The notes beneath the pieces were generated by a model. The model saw only the letters and a list, made by a program, of their open reading frames with translations. It ran no database searches and had not been told where the DNA came from. Below, in pieces: positions 20,703 to 30,717 of a stretch of 56,424 bases of DNA. The translations under genes were made by a program, and so were the position numbers. The DNA is taken from the sequence record SRR2962707_2339. One strand, 5' to 3'. Position 1 is the first letter of the stretch. Every line of letters begins with the position of its first letter.

Positions 20703-21860
20703 ATGTTGGATCAGACCACCACGGATGACGGCGTCACCTCTGAAAAGAGTGCCAAACAAGACGACCAGACACTCATGATCATGGAGCAGATGCTGGATCA
20801 GATGCCGATCAATGTAATGTTCGTTGAGCCAGTGAATTTCACCATTACATATGTTAACCGGACAAGCATCCAAACACTGACCCCGATTGCCGATCTGCTA
20901 CCGGCCCCGCCGGAACAGCTCAAAGGCCGTTGCATGGACATTTTCCATGCCAAACCTGAGCACCAGCGGAAGATCGTCGGCGATCCGACGAAGCTTCCCT
21001 GGAAATCCCGTATAACCCTGGGTCCGCAAAGCCTTGATCTGCTCGTCAGCGCCATTCATGGCCGTAATGGTGAGTATCTTGGTGCCATGCTGACATGGGA
21101 TGTGGTTACCGAGAAAGTCGAGCTCGCCAAGAACTTCGAAACCAACATTAAATCGGTGGTGGAGAGCGTCCTTGCAGCATCCAAAGATATGCAACAGAGC
21201 TCGGAAAGCATGGCCAGATCGTCCACCGAGACCAGCGATAAAGCCAGCGCCGTCGCCGCCGCTTCTGGACAATTGACGGCAGCCATTAACGAAATTTCTG
21301 AACAGGTAACACGTTCCGCCACGATTTCGAGCAATGCGGTCACCGAGGCCAGCCGCTCTAATGAAATGGTGCAGGGACTGGCGGAAGCAGCTGAGCGCAT
21401 CGGAGAAGTCGTCGTGCTGATCAATGACATCGCGAGCCAGACCAATCTGCTGGCACTGAACGCCACTATCGAGGCTGCACGTGCCGGCGATGCGGGCAAG
21501 GGCTTCGCCGTTGTTGCTTCGGAGGTAAAGAACCTCGCCAACCAGACAGCCAAGGCGACGGACGAAATTGCCAGCCAGGTTGGTGAAATTCAGAATGCGA
21601 CCAAGGACTCGGTTGCCGCGATCCAGAAGATTTCGACGACTATCGATGAAGTCAGCCAGATCTCCACGGCGATTTCGTCCGCGGTTGAAGAGCAAAGTGC
21701 GGCAACACGTGAAGTCTCACAGAACATTTCTGGTGTGACGTCTGCATCGAGCGAGTCGGGTGAAATGGCGGCGCAACTTCTGACCGCTGCGACCGGCCTC
21801 TCCGAACAAGCCGATGCATTGCAGAACGAAGTCAACGCTTTCATGGAAAAGATGGACTAA
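20703..21860 (+). CDS. Soluble chemoreceptor with Aer2-type heme PAS domain
   Basis: MDIFHAKPEHQR (cf. Aer2 IDVFHKNPAHQR) and conserved Trp in LTWDVVT; MCP tip motif; no TM. Confidence 0.88.
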   Translation: MLDQTTTDDGVTSEKSAKQDDQTLMIMEQMLDQMPINVMFVEPVNFTITYVNRTSIQTLTPIADLLPAPPEQLKGRCMDIFHAKPEHQRKIVGDPTKLPWKSRITLGPQSLDLLVSAIHGRNGEYLGAMLTWDVVTEKVELAKNFETNIKSVVESVLAASKDMQQSSESMARSSTETSDKASAVAAASGQLTAAINEISEQVTRSATISSNAVTEASRSNEMVQGLAEAAERIGEVVVLINDIASQTNLLALNATIEAARAGDAGKGFAVVASEVKNLANQTAKATDEIASQVGEIQNATKDSVAAIQKISTTIDEVSQISTAISSAVEEQSAATREVSQNISGVTSASSESGEMAAQLLTAATGLSEQADALQNEVNAFMEKMD

Positions 21861-21900
21861 CGGATAGCACGCAAACGTAATTTTACTCAGGGCGAAACCA

Positions 21901-24684
21901 ATGGATGATCTTCTTCAAGAATTTATCGCTGAAGCGACCGAAAATCTGGCCGTCATTGACCAGGAACTGGTCCGTCTCGAACAGTATCCAAATGATACGG
22001 AGATTCTCGGGAACATTTTTCGCCTCGTACACACGGTCAAAGGCACATGCGGCTTTCTTGGTCTGTCACGGCTCGAGAAGGTTGCCCATTCAGGTGAAAA
22101 TGTTCTCGGCAAATTCCGAGATGGTGAGCTTGAAGTCAAACCGGCGGCCGTTACCGTCATTCTGGAGTGCATTGATCGTATCCGCGATATTCTCGCCGCG
22201 ATCGAAGAATCCGGCGCCGAGCCGGACGGAGATGACTCCAAACTGATCAACAGCCTGGATGCACTGCTGGAAGTTGACGAGGCGGCACCTGCCGACATCG
22301 TGTCTGAACAACCTTCCTCGGATAATGCCGGGGATAACAACAGTGGGCAGATGTCCGTGAACGAATTCGGTGCCCCTGTCGCAGCCGAATTCATGGCAGA
22401 GTTCGAAGCCGCGATGGCGAATGAGCCCGCTGCCTCTAAAAAGACCCCTGATGAAGCCAATGCGGCAGACGTATCTGCTAAAGAGGCACCCGTTGAGGAA
22501 GCCCCTTCTTCTCCGGAAGCGACCTCTACCCTGACCAACTCCTCTCCGGTTGACGATGCCCCCAGCCCCCCATTGGGCAGCCCTTCGACCGGAGAGGACG
22601 AGGCCGGATTAAGCGCATCGACCCAGAAACGCGAGCCTGTGGCGTCTGCGTCAAGCCTGCGCATCAACGTCGATGTGTTGGAAAACCTGATGACCCTGGT
22701 TTCCGAACTGGTTCTGGCCCGCAACCAGCTATTACAGATGGTACGCGGCTATGATGATCACGAGTTTGCCGTGCCGCTTCAACTTTTGAGCCACATCACG
22801 ACCGATTTGCAGGAAGGTGTCATGCAAACGCGCATGCAGCCGATCGGCAATGCCTGGTCAAAACTGCCCCGGATCGTGCGTGACCTGTCGGTGGCTTCAG
22901 GCAAAAAGATCGATCTGGTTATGGACGGTGCGGAAACCGAACTGGACCGCCAAATTCTCGATCTGATCAAGGACCCGCTCACGCACATGGTCCGCAATTC
23001 CGCCGACCATGGCCTTGAAGGACCGGAAGAGCGCCTTGCCGCAGGAAAATCGGAAAGCGGCAAGATCAGACTCAATGCATTTCACGAAGGCGGGCATATC
23101 ATTGTCGAGATTTCCGACGATGGCCGCGGCCTGAATACGGATCGTATCCGTCAGAAAATCATCGAAAAGGAAATCCTGCCGGAAGCGAATGTGGCAGCCC
23201 TGTCCGATCAGCAGGTGCAGCAATACATCTTCCATCCGGGGTTTTCGACCGCCGAGAAGATTACGAATGTCTCGGGCCGGGGCGTCGGCATGGACGTGGT
23301 TCGCACCAACATCGAACAGATCAATGGGTCCATCGATCTGCGCTCTGTCAAAGGCGAAGGCACCACGGTCACCATCAAGATCCCTTTGACGCTGGCAATC
23401 ATTTCCGCGCTGCTGGTCAAATGCAAAACCCAGCGCTTTGCCATCCCGCAGTTCAGTGTCATCGAACTGGTCCGGACTGCTTCCAACTCCGAACACCAGA
23501 TCGAATACATCCACAAAATGCCGGTCCTGCATCTTCGTAACCAGCTTCTGCCGTTGGTGCGGCTAGACCGGCTGCTTGGCCTTGATGACGACACCGAGGA
23601 ACAACTGTCCGAAGAGAGCTTCGTTGTCGTCGCGAAGACAGGCAACGCGACCTTTGGGATCGTCGTCGACAAGGTATTCGACACCGAAGAAATCGTCGTC
23701 AAACCGGTTTCTCCGATACTCAGGAACATCCGTCAGTTTTCCGGCAATACGATCCTGGGTGATGGCAGCGTGATCATGATCCTGGATCCGAATGGCATCG
23801 CGGCTGAAATCGGTGATATCGAAACCAGCCTGCAATCCAAGGCTGATAACGAAAAGAACGCCGGGATTGATGATAAAAAAGTGCCGCTGCTGTTGTTCAA
23901 AGGTGAAGGCGATGAACCGATGGCTGTGCCGTTGGTCCTGGTGGCGAGGCTTGAAGATATCGCCAGCAAGGACATCGAGCACTCGGGCGGTTACAATCTG
24001 GTTCAGTATCGCGGCAACCTGATGCCTCTGATCAGCCTCGGTGAAGGTGATGATCTACCGGATCGCGACTCGCATCCTGTTCTGGTATTCTCCGATCGCG
24101 GTCGCCAGTTTGGGCTCGTCGTCAATGAGGTCCTCGACATCGTTGAAGACGTGATCAATGTCGAAATGCCAAGCAAGCGCAAGGGGACTTTGGGGAGTGC
24201 TGTGATCAACGGCAAGGCCACTGATGTCCTGGACTCTGGCCACTTCATTCACAAGGCACTGGGCGACAGGTTCGTTTCAGCGACACCGGCTGACAACGCC
24301 AGCAACGGCCGACCGAAAGCTTTGCTTGTTGATGACAGTAATTTCTTTCGCAGCCTGATTACGCCGCTGCTCTCGGTTGAAGGATGGGATGTCACCTCGG
24401 TTGCATCAGCCAAGGACGCATTGAACCTGCGCGACGACAACAAGCACTTCCATCTGATTATCAGCGACATCGACATGCCAGATATGGATGGTTTTGATTT
24501 CGGCACGAATGTTCGTAACGACAATCGTTGGGGGTCGACACCACTGATTGCACTCTCGGCGAAGACGACGTCGGCAGATATCAACAGAGCACACGATATC
24601 GGGTTTACCGATTACGTTGCGAAGAACGACCGTGAAGGGTTGATCCGGTCAATCCGTTCAATACTGAGTGAAAAAGCGGCCTGA
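21901..24684 (+). CDS. cheA: Chemotaxis kinase CheA with two CheW domains and C-terminal REC
   Basis: Hpt FRLVHTVKGTCGFL; TRMQPIG; HMVRNSADHGLE; SGRGVGMDVV; IPLTLAI; ISDIDMPDMDG. Confidence 0.97.
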   Translation: MDDLLQEFIAEATENLAVIDQELVRLEQYPNDTEILGNIFRLVHTVKGTCGFLGLSRLEKVAHSGENVLGKFRDGELEVKPAAVTVILECIDRIRDILAAIEESGAEPDGDDSKLINSLDALLEVDEAAPADIVSEQPSSDNAGDNNSGQMSVNEFGAPVAAEFMAEFEAAMANEPAASKKTPDEANAADVSAKEAPVEEAPSSPEATSTLTNSSPVDDAPSPPLGSPSTGEDEAGLSASTQKREPVASASSLRINVDVLENLMTLVSELVLARNQLLQMVRGYDDHEFAVPLQLLSHITTDLQEGVMQTRMQPIGNAWSKLPRIVRDLSVASGKKIDLVMDGAETELDRQILDLIKDPLTHMVRNSADHGLEGPEERLAAGKSESGKIRLNAFHEGGHIIVEISDDGRGLNTDRIRQKIIEKEILPEANVAALSDQQVQQYIFHPGFSTAEKITNVSGRGVGMDVVRTNIEQINGSIDLRSVKGEGTTVTIKIPLTLAIISALLVKCKTQRFAIPQFSVIELVRTASNSEHQIEYIHKMPVLHLRNQLLPLVRLDRLLGLDDDTEEQLSEESFVVVAKTGNATFGIVVDKVFDTEEIVVKPVSPILRNIRQFSGNTILGDGSVIMILDPNGIAAEIGDIETSLQSKADNEKNAGIDDKKVPLLLFKGEGDEPMAVPLVLVARLEDIASKDIEHSGGYNLVQYRGNLMPLISLGEGDDLPDRDSHPVLVFSDRGRQFGLVVNEVLDIVEDVINVEMPSKRKGTLGSAVINGKATDVLDSGHFIHKALGDRFVSATPADNASNGRPKALLVDDSNFFRSLITPLLSVEGWDVTSVASAKDALNLRDDNKHFHLIISDIDMPDMDGFDFGTNVRNDNRWGSTPLIALSAKTTSADINRAHDIGFTDYVAKNDREGLIRSIRSILSEKAA

Positions 24685-24709
24685 GTCCGGCCTCGGAAGG
24701 AACACGAAG

Positions 24710-25210
24710 ATGCAAGGTACAGACCTGAAATTGTCCGAACAGCAGGCTCATGGTGACAACATTCACTTTCTGCAGGGCGCAAATGTCAGTCAGATATTGA
24801 CGACGACCGTCGGCAATCAGATTTTCGGCATGAAAGTACTTACCGTACAGGACATACTGCGCCCCCGGCATGTCGCGCATGTTCCCCAGGCGCCCTCGGA
24901 TGTGGCAGGTCTTATCAACCTGCGAGGCAGAATCGTCACCGTCGTCGACCTGCGGCACTGGCTTGGGTTTGATCACACGGATCCCAGCGAACAGATGCAT
25001 ATCGTCGTCGAGCACGAAGGTGAGCTTTACAGTTTCCTTGTGGACTCTGTCGGCGACGTGGTTGCCCTGGCAAATGATGAAGTCGAGGCCGTTCCCCCCA
25101 ATTTGCCTGAACAGTGGCGATCGATAGCAACGGATGTCCTTCGCTATGAAGACGATCTGATCCTCATCATCGATGCATCTATCTTGCTCAAAACTTTGGC
25201 GAACAACTGA
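24710..25210 (+). CDS. cheW: CheW coupling protein
   Basis: VPQAPSDVAGLINLRGRIVTVVDLR, LVDSVGDV. Confidence 0.95.
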   Translation: MQGTDLKLSEQQAHGDNIHFLQGANVSQILTTTVGNQIFGMKVLTVQDILRPRHVAHVPQAPSDVAGLINLRGRIVTVVDLRHWLGFDHTDPSEQMHIVVEHEGELYSFLVDSVGDVVALANDEVEAVPPNLPEQWRSIATDVLRYEDDLILIIDASILLKTLANN

Positions 25211-25235
25211 AAACTTTATTCACGGAGTAAAACCA

Positions 25236-25622
25236 ATGGCAGTAGACAAAGCAATGCGTGTTCTGGCCGTCGACGATTACCAGACCATGCTCAGAATTAT
25301 TTCGAACCTGCTCCAGCAACTCGGATTTCGTAACATCGACACGGCTTCCAGCGGCGATGAGGCTTTGGACAAGATCAATTCCAATGATTACGGGCTGATC
25401 ATATCCGATTGGAACATGGAACCGATGACCGGGCTGCAACTCCTGGAAAAGGTGCGTGCAAACGACAATACCAAGTCCGTTCCGTTCATCATGGTGACAG
25501 CGGAAAGCAAGACGGAGAATGTTGTCAAAGCGCGCCAGGCCGGCGTCAGCAACTACATTGTCAAACCGTTCAATGCAGAGACGCTGAAACAGAAAATCAC
25601 ATCGGTTCTCGGTGAGTTCTGA
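25236..25622 (+). CDS. cheY: CheY response regulator (CheZ-linked type)
   Basis: VDDYQTMLRII, ISDWNMEPMTG, MVTAESK, YIVKPFNAETL; GGAG RBS. Confidence 0.92.
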   Translation: MAVDKAMRVLAVDDYQTMLRIISNLLQQLGFRNIDTASSGDEALDKINSNDYGLIISDWNMEPMTGLQLLEKVRANDNTKSVPFIMVTAESKTENVVKARQAGVSNYIVKPFNAETLKQKITSVLGEF

Positions 25623-25656
25623 GGATCAACCCTTTGTAACCGCGAGGTCCAATGCC

Positions 25657-26439
25657 ATGAAAAAAGCCCGGCGATTTACGATTGAATCTGATCAGGGGGA
25701 AGCCTTTGATCAAACTGAACCGGTCCGCGAGACCGGGAAGGCGGATCAATTGGAGGCAACCACCAGACCGGCTTCGGAACTGACGATCGAAAAGATCAGA
25801 GAAATAGTAACATCGATTGTCCGGGAAGAATTGAATAACTGGACCCCCCCCGTCTCCAAGGGGGGTGTTGCTGAAATCGTCAGCTCGATCGATGACAGTG
25901 ATCCAGCCAAGGATATATTTACCGAGCTTGCCGAGATCCAGGAGTATATCGCCAATTCAAAAGTGGAAATTGCGGCTCTCAAACCAGCAGATGGTGAAGA
26001 CACGAAGTTTTCCACGGCGAAACAGGAACTTCAGGAGATCGTTGACGCGACGGCCAAGGCGACCAACGACATTTTGAGCGAATCCGAACGAATCGTGGAA
26101 GTATGTTCATCCCTGGCCGAAAAACTGGGGAACAGTCAGATTGAGCTGGTCAGCGAGGAAATTTCTACGCTGGAAATGTCAGGCACTCAGATCATGCTTG
26201 CCTGTGGATTCCAGGATCTCACCGGTCAGCGCATCACTAAAGTCGTCAATACAATGATCTTTGTTGAAGAACGGATCAATAAACTGATGGAGCTTTGGAA
26301 TATCCAGAACGGAACGGATGACGGCGCACTGGTCAACGTACGCGCTGAAGACAAGCGACCGGATAAGGATTTGTTGAACGGACCTCAGAGCGAAGGCGAA
26401 GGCATATCCCAGAACGATATCGACGCAATGTTTGCGTAA
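25657..26439 (+). CDS. cheZ: CheZ phosphatase (alphaproteobacterial type)
   Basis: ACGFQDLTGQRITKVV (DxxxQ catalytic motif) and C-terminal LLNGPQ...SQNDIDAMF. Confidence 0.88.
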   Translation: MKKARRFTIESDQGEAFDQTEPVRETGKADQLEATTRPASELTIEKIREIVTSIVREELNNWTPPVSKGGVAEIVSSIDDSDPAKDIFTELAEIQEYIANSKVEIAALKPADGEDTKFSTAKQELQEIVDATAKATNDILSESERIVEVCSSLAEKLGNSQIELVSEEISTLEMSGTQIMLACGFQDLTGQRITKVVNTMIFVEERINKLMELWNIQNGTDDGALVNVRAEDKRPDKDLLNGPQSEGEGISQNDIDAMFA

Positions 26440-26476
26440 AATAAATCGTCCCGGCTGGTCAGATCACAACGCCAAT

Positions 26477-27592
26477 ATGAGGAATTTAACCTTGGAAGCT
26501 TTGCTTACATCGGAAGACATCAGGAAGCTGACGAATAGCTCCACGCCTATCACACGTCTAGAGACCGCCGATAAAGTCTCGAAAGTCTATACCGCCGGCA
26601 AGTTGACCGAACAGGAACGTGAAATTGCCAATAGCATATTTCATATCCTTGTATCCGATCATTCGGATATCGTTAGAGAGAATATTTCAAATCACCTCAA
26701 GGACAGCAAATTGCTGCCACATGACCTTGCATTGAAGCTTGCCAGGGACATTGAAGACAGCGTCGCACTTCCAATGCTTCATTGCTCGCAAGTGCTGACA
26801 GACGACGACCTGATAGATATTGTCCGAATGGCGATTGCTTCGCGTCAAAATGCAATAGCAGACAGGGAAACCGTCTCCTCGAATGTTTCGAATGAGTTGG
26901 TGATACACGGCAATGAAGACGTTGTGGCAACGCTGATCGCGAACGAAGGTGCGGACATTGATGCAACCACTTTTGAGTCGGCTTTTACACGCTACGTTGG
27001 CAACGAAAAATTCGACCAGGCCGTGATTTCGCGCGACCGCATTCCGGCAACCGTTCGCTCCAAGATCGTAACAGCGCTGACTGGCCATATACTCAACCAG
27101 CTATCATCAGCCAATGACATCTCTCCATCCATTCTTTCGGACATCGTCATTCAGACCCATGATAAGCTTTTGCTGGAAATGTCTGAAATCTCGACCGAGA
27201 CCTCGGTGGTTGAATTTGTCGAGAACCTAAACCGCAACGGACATCTGAATCAGTCGCTGATCATACGGGCATTGTGCCAAGGCGACATTCTGTTTTTCGA
27301 AGTCGCAATGTCAATGCTCGCTGGTGTTCCGGTGGAAAACGCCAGCAAACTGATCAATGACGCGGGGGGCGCCGGGTTTCGTGCATTATATGAAAAAGCG
27401 GGACTTGATGAGCATTACTATAACTTTTTTGTCGCCGCATATCGTATATGCCGGGAGCTTCTCGAGAGCGGCGAAGACTACGATCAGGCGTATTTTCGCC
27501 GCAAGCTTATCGAACGCTTCCTTACTGAAGAATCTGAGTTTGTCGATCAACTCGACAAGGACGATCTGGAGTATCTGATCGGCAAGATCTGA
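26477..27592 (+). CDS. DUF2336-family protein
   Basis: LPHDLALKLARDIEDSVALPMLHCSQVLTDDDL, AIADRETVS, LIANEGA, LIIRALCQGDILFFEVAMSMLAGVP. Confidence 0.8.
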   Translation: MRNLTLEALLTSEDIRKLTNSSTPITRLETADKVSKVYTAGKLTEQEREIANSIFHILVSDHSDIVRENISNHLKDSKLLPHDLALKLARDIEDSVALPMLHCSQVLTDDDLIDIVRMAIASRQNAIADRETVSSNVSNELVIHGNEDVVATLIANEGADIDATTFESAFTRYVGNEKFDQAVISRDRIPATVRSKIVTALTGHILNQLSSANDISPSILSDIVIQTHDKLLLEMSEISTETSVVEFVENLNRNGHLNQSLIIRALCQGDILFFEVAMSMLAGVPVENASKLINDAGGAGFRALYEKAGLDEHYYNFFVAAYRICRELLESGEDYDQAYFRRKLIERFLTEESEFVDQLDKDDLEYLIGKI

Positions 27593-27607
27593 GTAAAAAA
27601 GAACCCC

Positions 27608-28342
27608 TCAGGGCTTTTTGACCTTTGCGACGAAAGAATAGCCGGCATTACGAACGGTCTTGATATACACAGGACAAGCCGGGTCATCGTCGAGTTTCTT
27701 CCGCAATTTGCCGATGACCACATCGACGCTGCGATCATATGGCATCCAGTCTCGGCCTGACACCATATCGATGATGCTGTCACGGCTAAGAATCTTCCCG
27801 GCATGGTCGACAAGCGACTTCAGCACACGGAATTCATGGGTGGTGAGATTAACCGGGGTGCCGTTGTCTCTGCTCAACAACTGGCGTTGATGATCGAAAT
27901 TCCAATCCCCGATCTTGTAGCTGCCTTCGCCATTATCCTGATCGACATCCGGCTCAGATGCCGTAGTCGCGTTCAGGCGCCGAATAACTGTATTCAATCG
28001 GGCTATCAACTCGCGGGCATGGAAGGGTTTGGTGATATAATCGTCAGCGCCGATTTCCAGGCCGACAACCCTGTCGATCACGTCATCTTTGCCGGAAATG
28101 ATGATAAACGGCAGTTTGTAAGTGCGCTGTAGTTCACGCGCCAGATCCAGACCTGAGTCCTCAGGCAACACAAGATCCAGCAGAACCAGTACCGGTAATT
28201 TTTCAGCAAGCTGCTCACGCATTCCCTTGCCGCTGGAGGCCGTTCTAAGTGAAAACCCCTCACGACTGAGGATATTCCTGATGGTGTCCTGCATGTCGGG
28301 GTCATCTTCGACCAGTAGGATATCCAAACTCTGAACGTCCAT
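27608..28342 (-). CDS. OmpR/PhoB-family DNA-binding response regulator
   Basis: VEDD, LLDLVLP, DRVVGLEIGADDYITKPF; wHTH LTTHEFRVL...DRSVDVVIGKLRKKL...IKTVRNAGY. Confidence 0.95.
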   Translation of the reverse strand: MDVQSLDILLVEDDPDMQDTIRNILSREGFSLRTASSGKGMREQLAEKLPVLVLLDLVLPEDSGLDLARELQRTYKLPFIIISGKDDVIDRVVGLEIGADDYITKPFHARELIARLNTVIRRLNATTASEPDVDQDNGEGSYKIGDWNFDHQRQLLSRDNGTPVNLTTHEFRVLKSLVDHAGKILSRDSIIDMVSGRDWMPYDRSVDVVIGKLRKKLDDDPACPVYIKTVRNAGYSFVAKVKKP

Positions 28343-28457
28343 GTCTTACCTTGTAAAAATCACGCAATAATACCTTAAGTTGAGTATCTGTATTCGATAA
28401 ACAACATAGAATAAATGGCCGCAAACGACCGCAAAACACAAGAAAAAAGGCACTCGC

Positions 28458-28504
28458 TTACATTTCTTTACAGATTCGGATCAATCACAAATCACCAAAT
28501 TACA
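28458..28504 (+). promoter_or_regulatory. TTACA-N5-TTACA repeat plus extra half-sites between the OmpR-type gene and the hyp-hyp-cheY-cheB-cheR unit
   Basis: TTACA TTTCT TTACA at 28458-28472; TCACA at 28485; TTACA at 28500. Confidence 0.65.
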
Positions 28505-28558
28505 GACCCACACTAAAGTGACCTGGATGTTTAATCCCAATTAACAGTCAGGTTCGAC

Positions 28559-29644
28559 ATGTCATCACTCCACGAAAGAAAGATTTCGGCATCAGAAGCC
28601 CAATCCTCCCTGGATAGTGATCTGCAGCATGATCTCGATCAGTTTCATGTTCTGCCGCTCGTTGGACTACCACTACAGACGCGCGCGCTCGCAAGTGCAC
28701 GTTTGATCAAAAGCCAGACACTGGAACCTGCGATTGAAATTTTCCGCGATCACGATACTGGCAGCGGCTTGATTTCGATCAAAGACCTTCCTCAGCAGTT
28801 TGGTACGGGACAAGAGGTGACAGACGATCTCCAAATCCTCCGTCGCCTGGGGCGGCTGCACAGCTACGATCCATTCAGTCTCCGCATCACGTTGCGAGAG
28901 CTCGGCCTCCTGACCGAGAACCTGGTTCAGGTAAACCTTTCCGATGAGAAACAACACCAGCTGGAAACCTTCATGCAGAATTTTACGCGACCGTTGATCC
29001 AGCAGGTATTTACGGACAACGCCCACGAGGTGCAAAGCTTTGAAGATCTTCTGAATGTCTTCAAGAATCCCGATGCCGACCAGGTAAGGAAAAACCTGAC
29101 GCTTCTGGCATCGAAATTAAAAATCGAAATCTTTGAAATCCCAAAATTCCTTGAAGATTTCAGCGATGTCTTTCTGTCGCTTTCCTATTATCGCGACACG
29201 ATCGACATGCTTGAACCGAAACTGACACTTTTGAACGAATCCCTGGCTGATCTCCGCGGAAATTATCAATACAAGCAAAATGCGTCGGTGATGAAATCGT
29301 GTGAGGATACGGTTGAATGGGTTAATCGCATTTTCGTCTTCGTCGTCGGCCGCCTGGAAAGTTTTGCACAGAGCACCGAGAACCTCTGGCAGAACATGAA
29401 TGCCGACAACTTCAATAAAGTCCGAAATCTGATCAGCAGCTACCACGTTTCACTGGGCGGCATGCTGTGCGCCCTCAGCGTCAAGTTGAATGCCTGGGCT
29501 GAAATCTTCCCCAACCCGAAGCTCGGCAGCCCGATGAAGCGGATCGAATTCCTGACATCCGACATGCGTCAAGGGATCGACAGGATCGACACTCTGTTTG
29601 ACGAAACACCGGCTCTCGCCAGCCTTAACGAAGCGAACGCTTAA
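28559..29644 (+). CDS. Hypothetical soluble protein (361 aa) inside the che cluster
   Basis: Long ORF with coding-like composition, helical-looking, no motif recognised. Confidence 0.8.
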   Translation: MSSLHERKISASEAQSSLDSDLQHDLDQFHVLPLVGLPLQTRALASARLIKSQTLEPAIEIFRDHDTGSGLISIKDLPQQFGTGQEVTDDLQILRRLGRLHSYDPFSLRITLRELGLLTENLVQVNLSDEKQHQLETFMQNFTRPLIQQVFTDNAHEVQSFEDLLNVFKNPDADQVRKNLTLLASKLKIEIFEIPKFLEDFSDVFLSLSYYRDTIDMLEPKLTLLNESLADLRGNYQYKQNASVMKSCEDTVEWVNRIFVFVVGRLESFAQSTENLWQNMNADNFNKVRNLISSYHVSLGGMLCALSVKLNAWAEIFPNPKLGSPMKRIEFLTSDMRQGIDRIDTLFDETPALASLNEANA

Positions 29645-29667
29645 GTATGCATATCAGGGGCGACACC

Positions 29668-30705
29668 ATGGATACAGCATTCGAACAAAACCCGGATTTA
29701 AAAAGTACAGGCGCCACGGATGCGGCATCCCCGATCCCGGAAACCGTATCATTTCAAAATCCGTTCTTCACGTTTTGCGAGGAAATCGCCTTCGAACGCC
29801 GCGATGGTGAGGAAGCGCCGGTCATGGTCGTACCGATGGCGGAGCAGTCCATTTCCATGCATTTCCCCGGCGTTATTCGCGAGCTGAACCTGGCTGAAAC
29901 GGATCATGATTACATCATGCTCGAAGCCATCTCGCAGTCCCTCGATTTCGTATGCATCCTTCACGTCGGCGATCCGATCCCGAGCGAGATCAGAAACGGC
30001 AAAGCCTCCTGGCAGATTTATGACCGGCATATAACGATCGCGCGTCACAAATTGATGCTGAAGTTGCTGTCCTGGATCAATGGCACCGATGATATCATTG
30101 CCGATCCCAATGAAATTGCGTCGATCCTGGACGATGCGGAAAACCGTAAAAAAATCGACAAGGCCTTCGTATCGATTGCCGAAACCCTTGGTTACGGGAA
30201 AGACCAGAAAGAACAAGTCGTTTCACTGGTTGAAACGCTCGCTGACGAGTTGTCTTACATCGAAGCACTCCGCGAAATATATGGCGAAGTCAAAACGATC
30301 GTACCTACCGTAAATCAGATCATTAAATGCTCCCGTTTTGACGACTTCACACGTGAAAGTGCGAACAGTGTCAAACGTCTGCTGCATCAGGCCATCCGTG
30401 AGTATGGGCAGGAATTCCTGCAATTGGACGCACAAACCGGTGAAATTATCGCCGTGCTGAAGAATGTTGACTCACAAATTCAGTACATTCGGCAAATGCG
30501 GGATGATCTGGCACGCCGGTTACTGGCGTGGAGCGACATTGAACGCAAATGGCGCAAGCTGAACATCAAAGAGCGCAATGGCGTCGAAGAAGCACTCATT
30601 GAAACCTATCGATTTCTCGCACTTCGTTTTCTTCCGGCAATGAGCTGGAAGCTCGTGTCTCAGACGCTGGATGAGCATGTGAACAAAACAGAGTCCGTTT
30701 GGTAA
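29668..30705 (+). CDS. Hypothetical soluble protein (345 aa), 12 bp upstream of cheY
   Basis: Long ORF, AGGGG RBS, helical C-half, no motif recognised. Confidence 0.8.
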   Translation: MDTAFEQNPDLKSTGATDAASPIPETVSFQNPFFTFCEEIAFERRDGEEAPVMVVPMAEQSISMHFPGVIRELNLAETDHDYIMLEAISQSLDFVCILHVGDPIPSEIRNGKASWQIYDRHITIARHKLMLKLLSWINGTDDIIADPNEIASILDDAENRKKIDKAFVSIAETLGYGKDQKEQVVSLVETLADELSYIEALREIYGEVKTIVPTVNQIIKCSRFDDFTRESANSVKRLLHQAIREYGQEFLQLDAQTGEIIAVLKNVDSQIQYIRQMRDDLARRLLAWSDIERKWRKLNIKERNGVEEALIETYRFLALRFLPAMSWKLVSQTLDEHVNKTESVW

Positions 30706-30717
30706 GGAATTACACCG

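Noticed and set aside
28530-28545. CtrA box upstream of the hypothetical-cheYBR unit
   Set aside because: TTAA-N6-TTAAC has the wrong spacing (the N7 reading needs a mismatch); too weak in AT-rich DNA.
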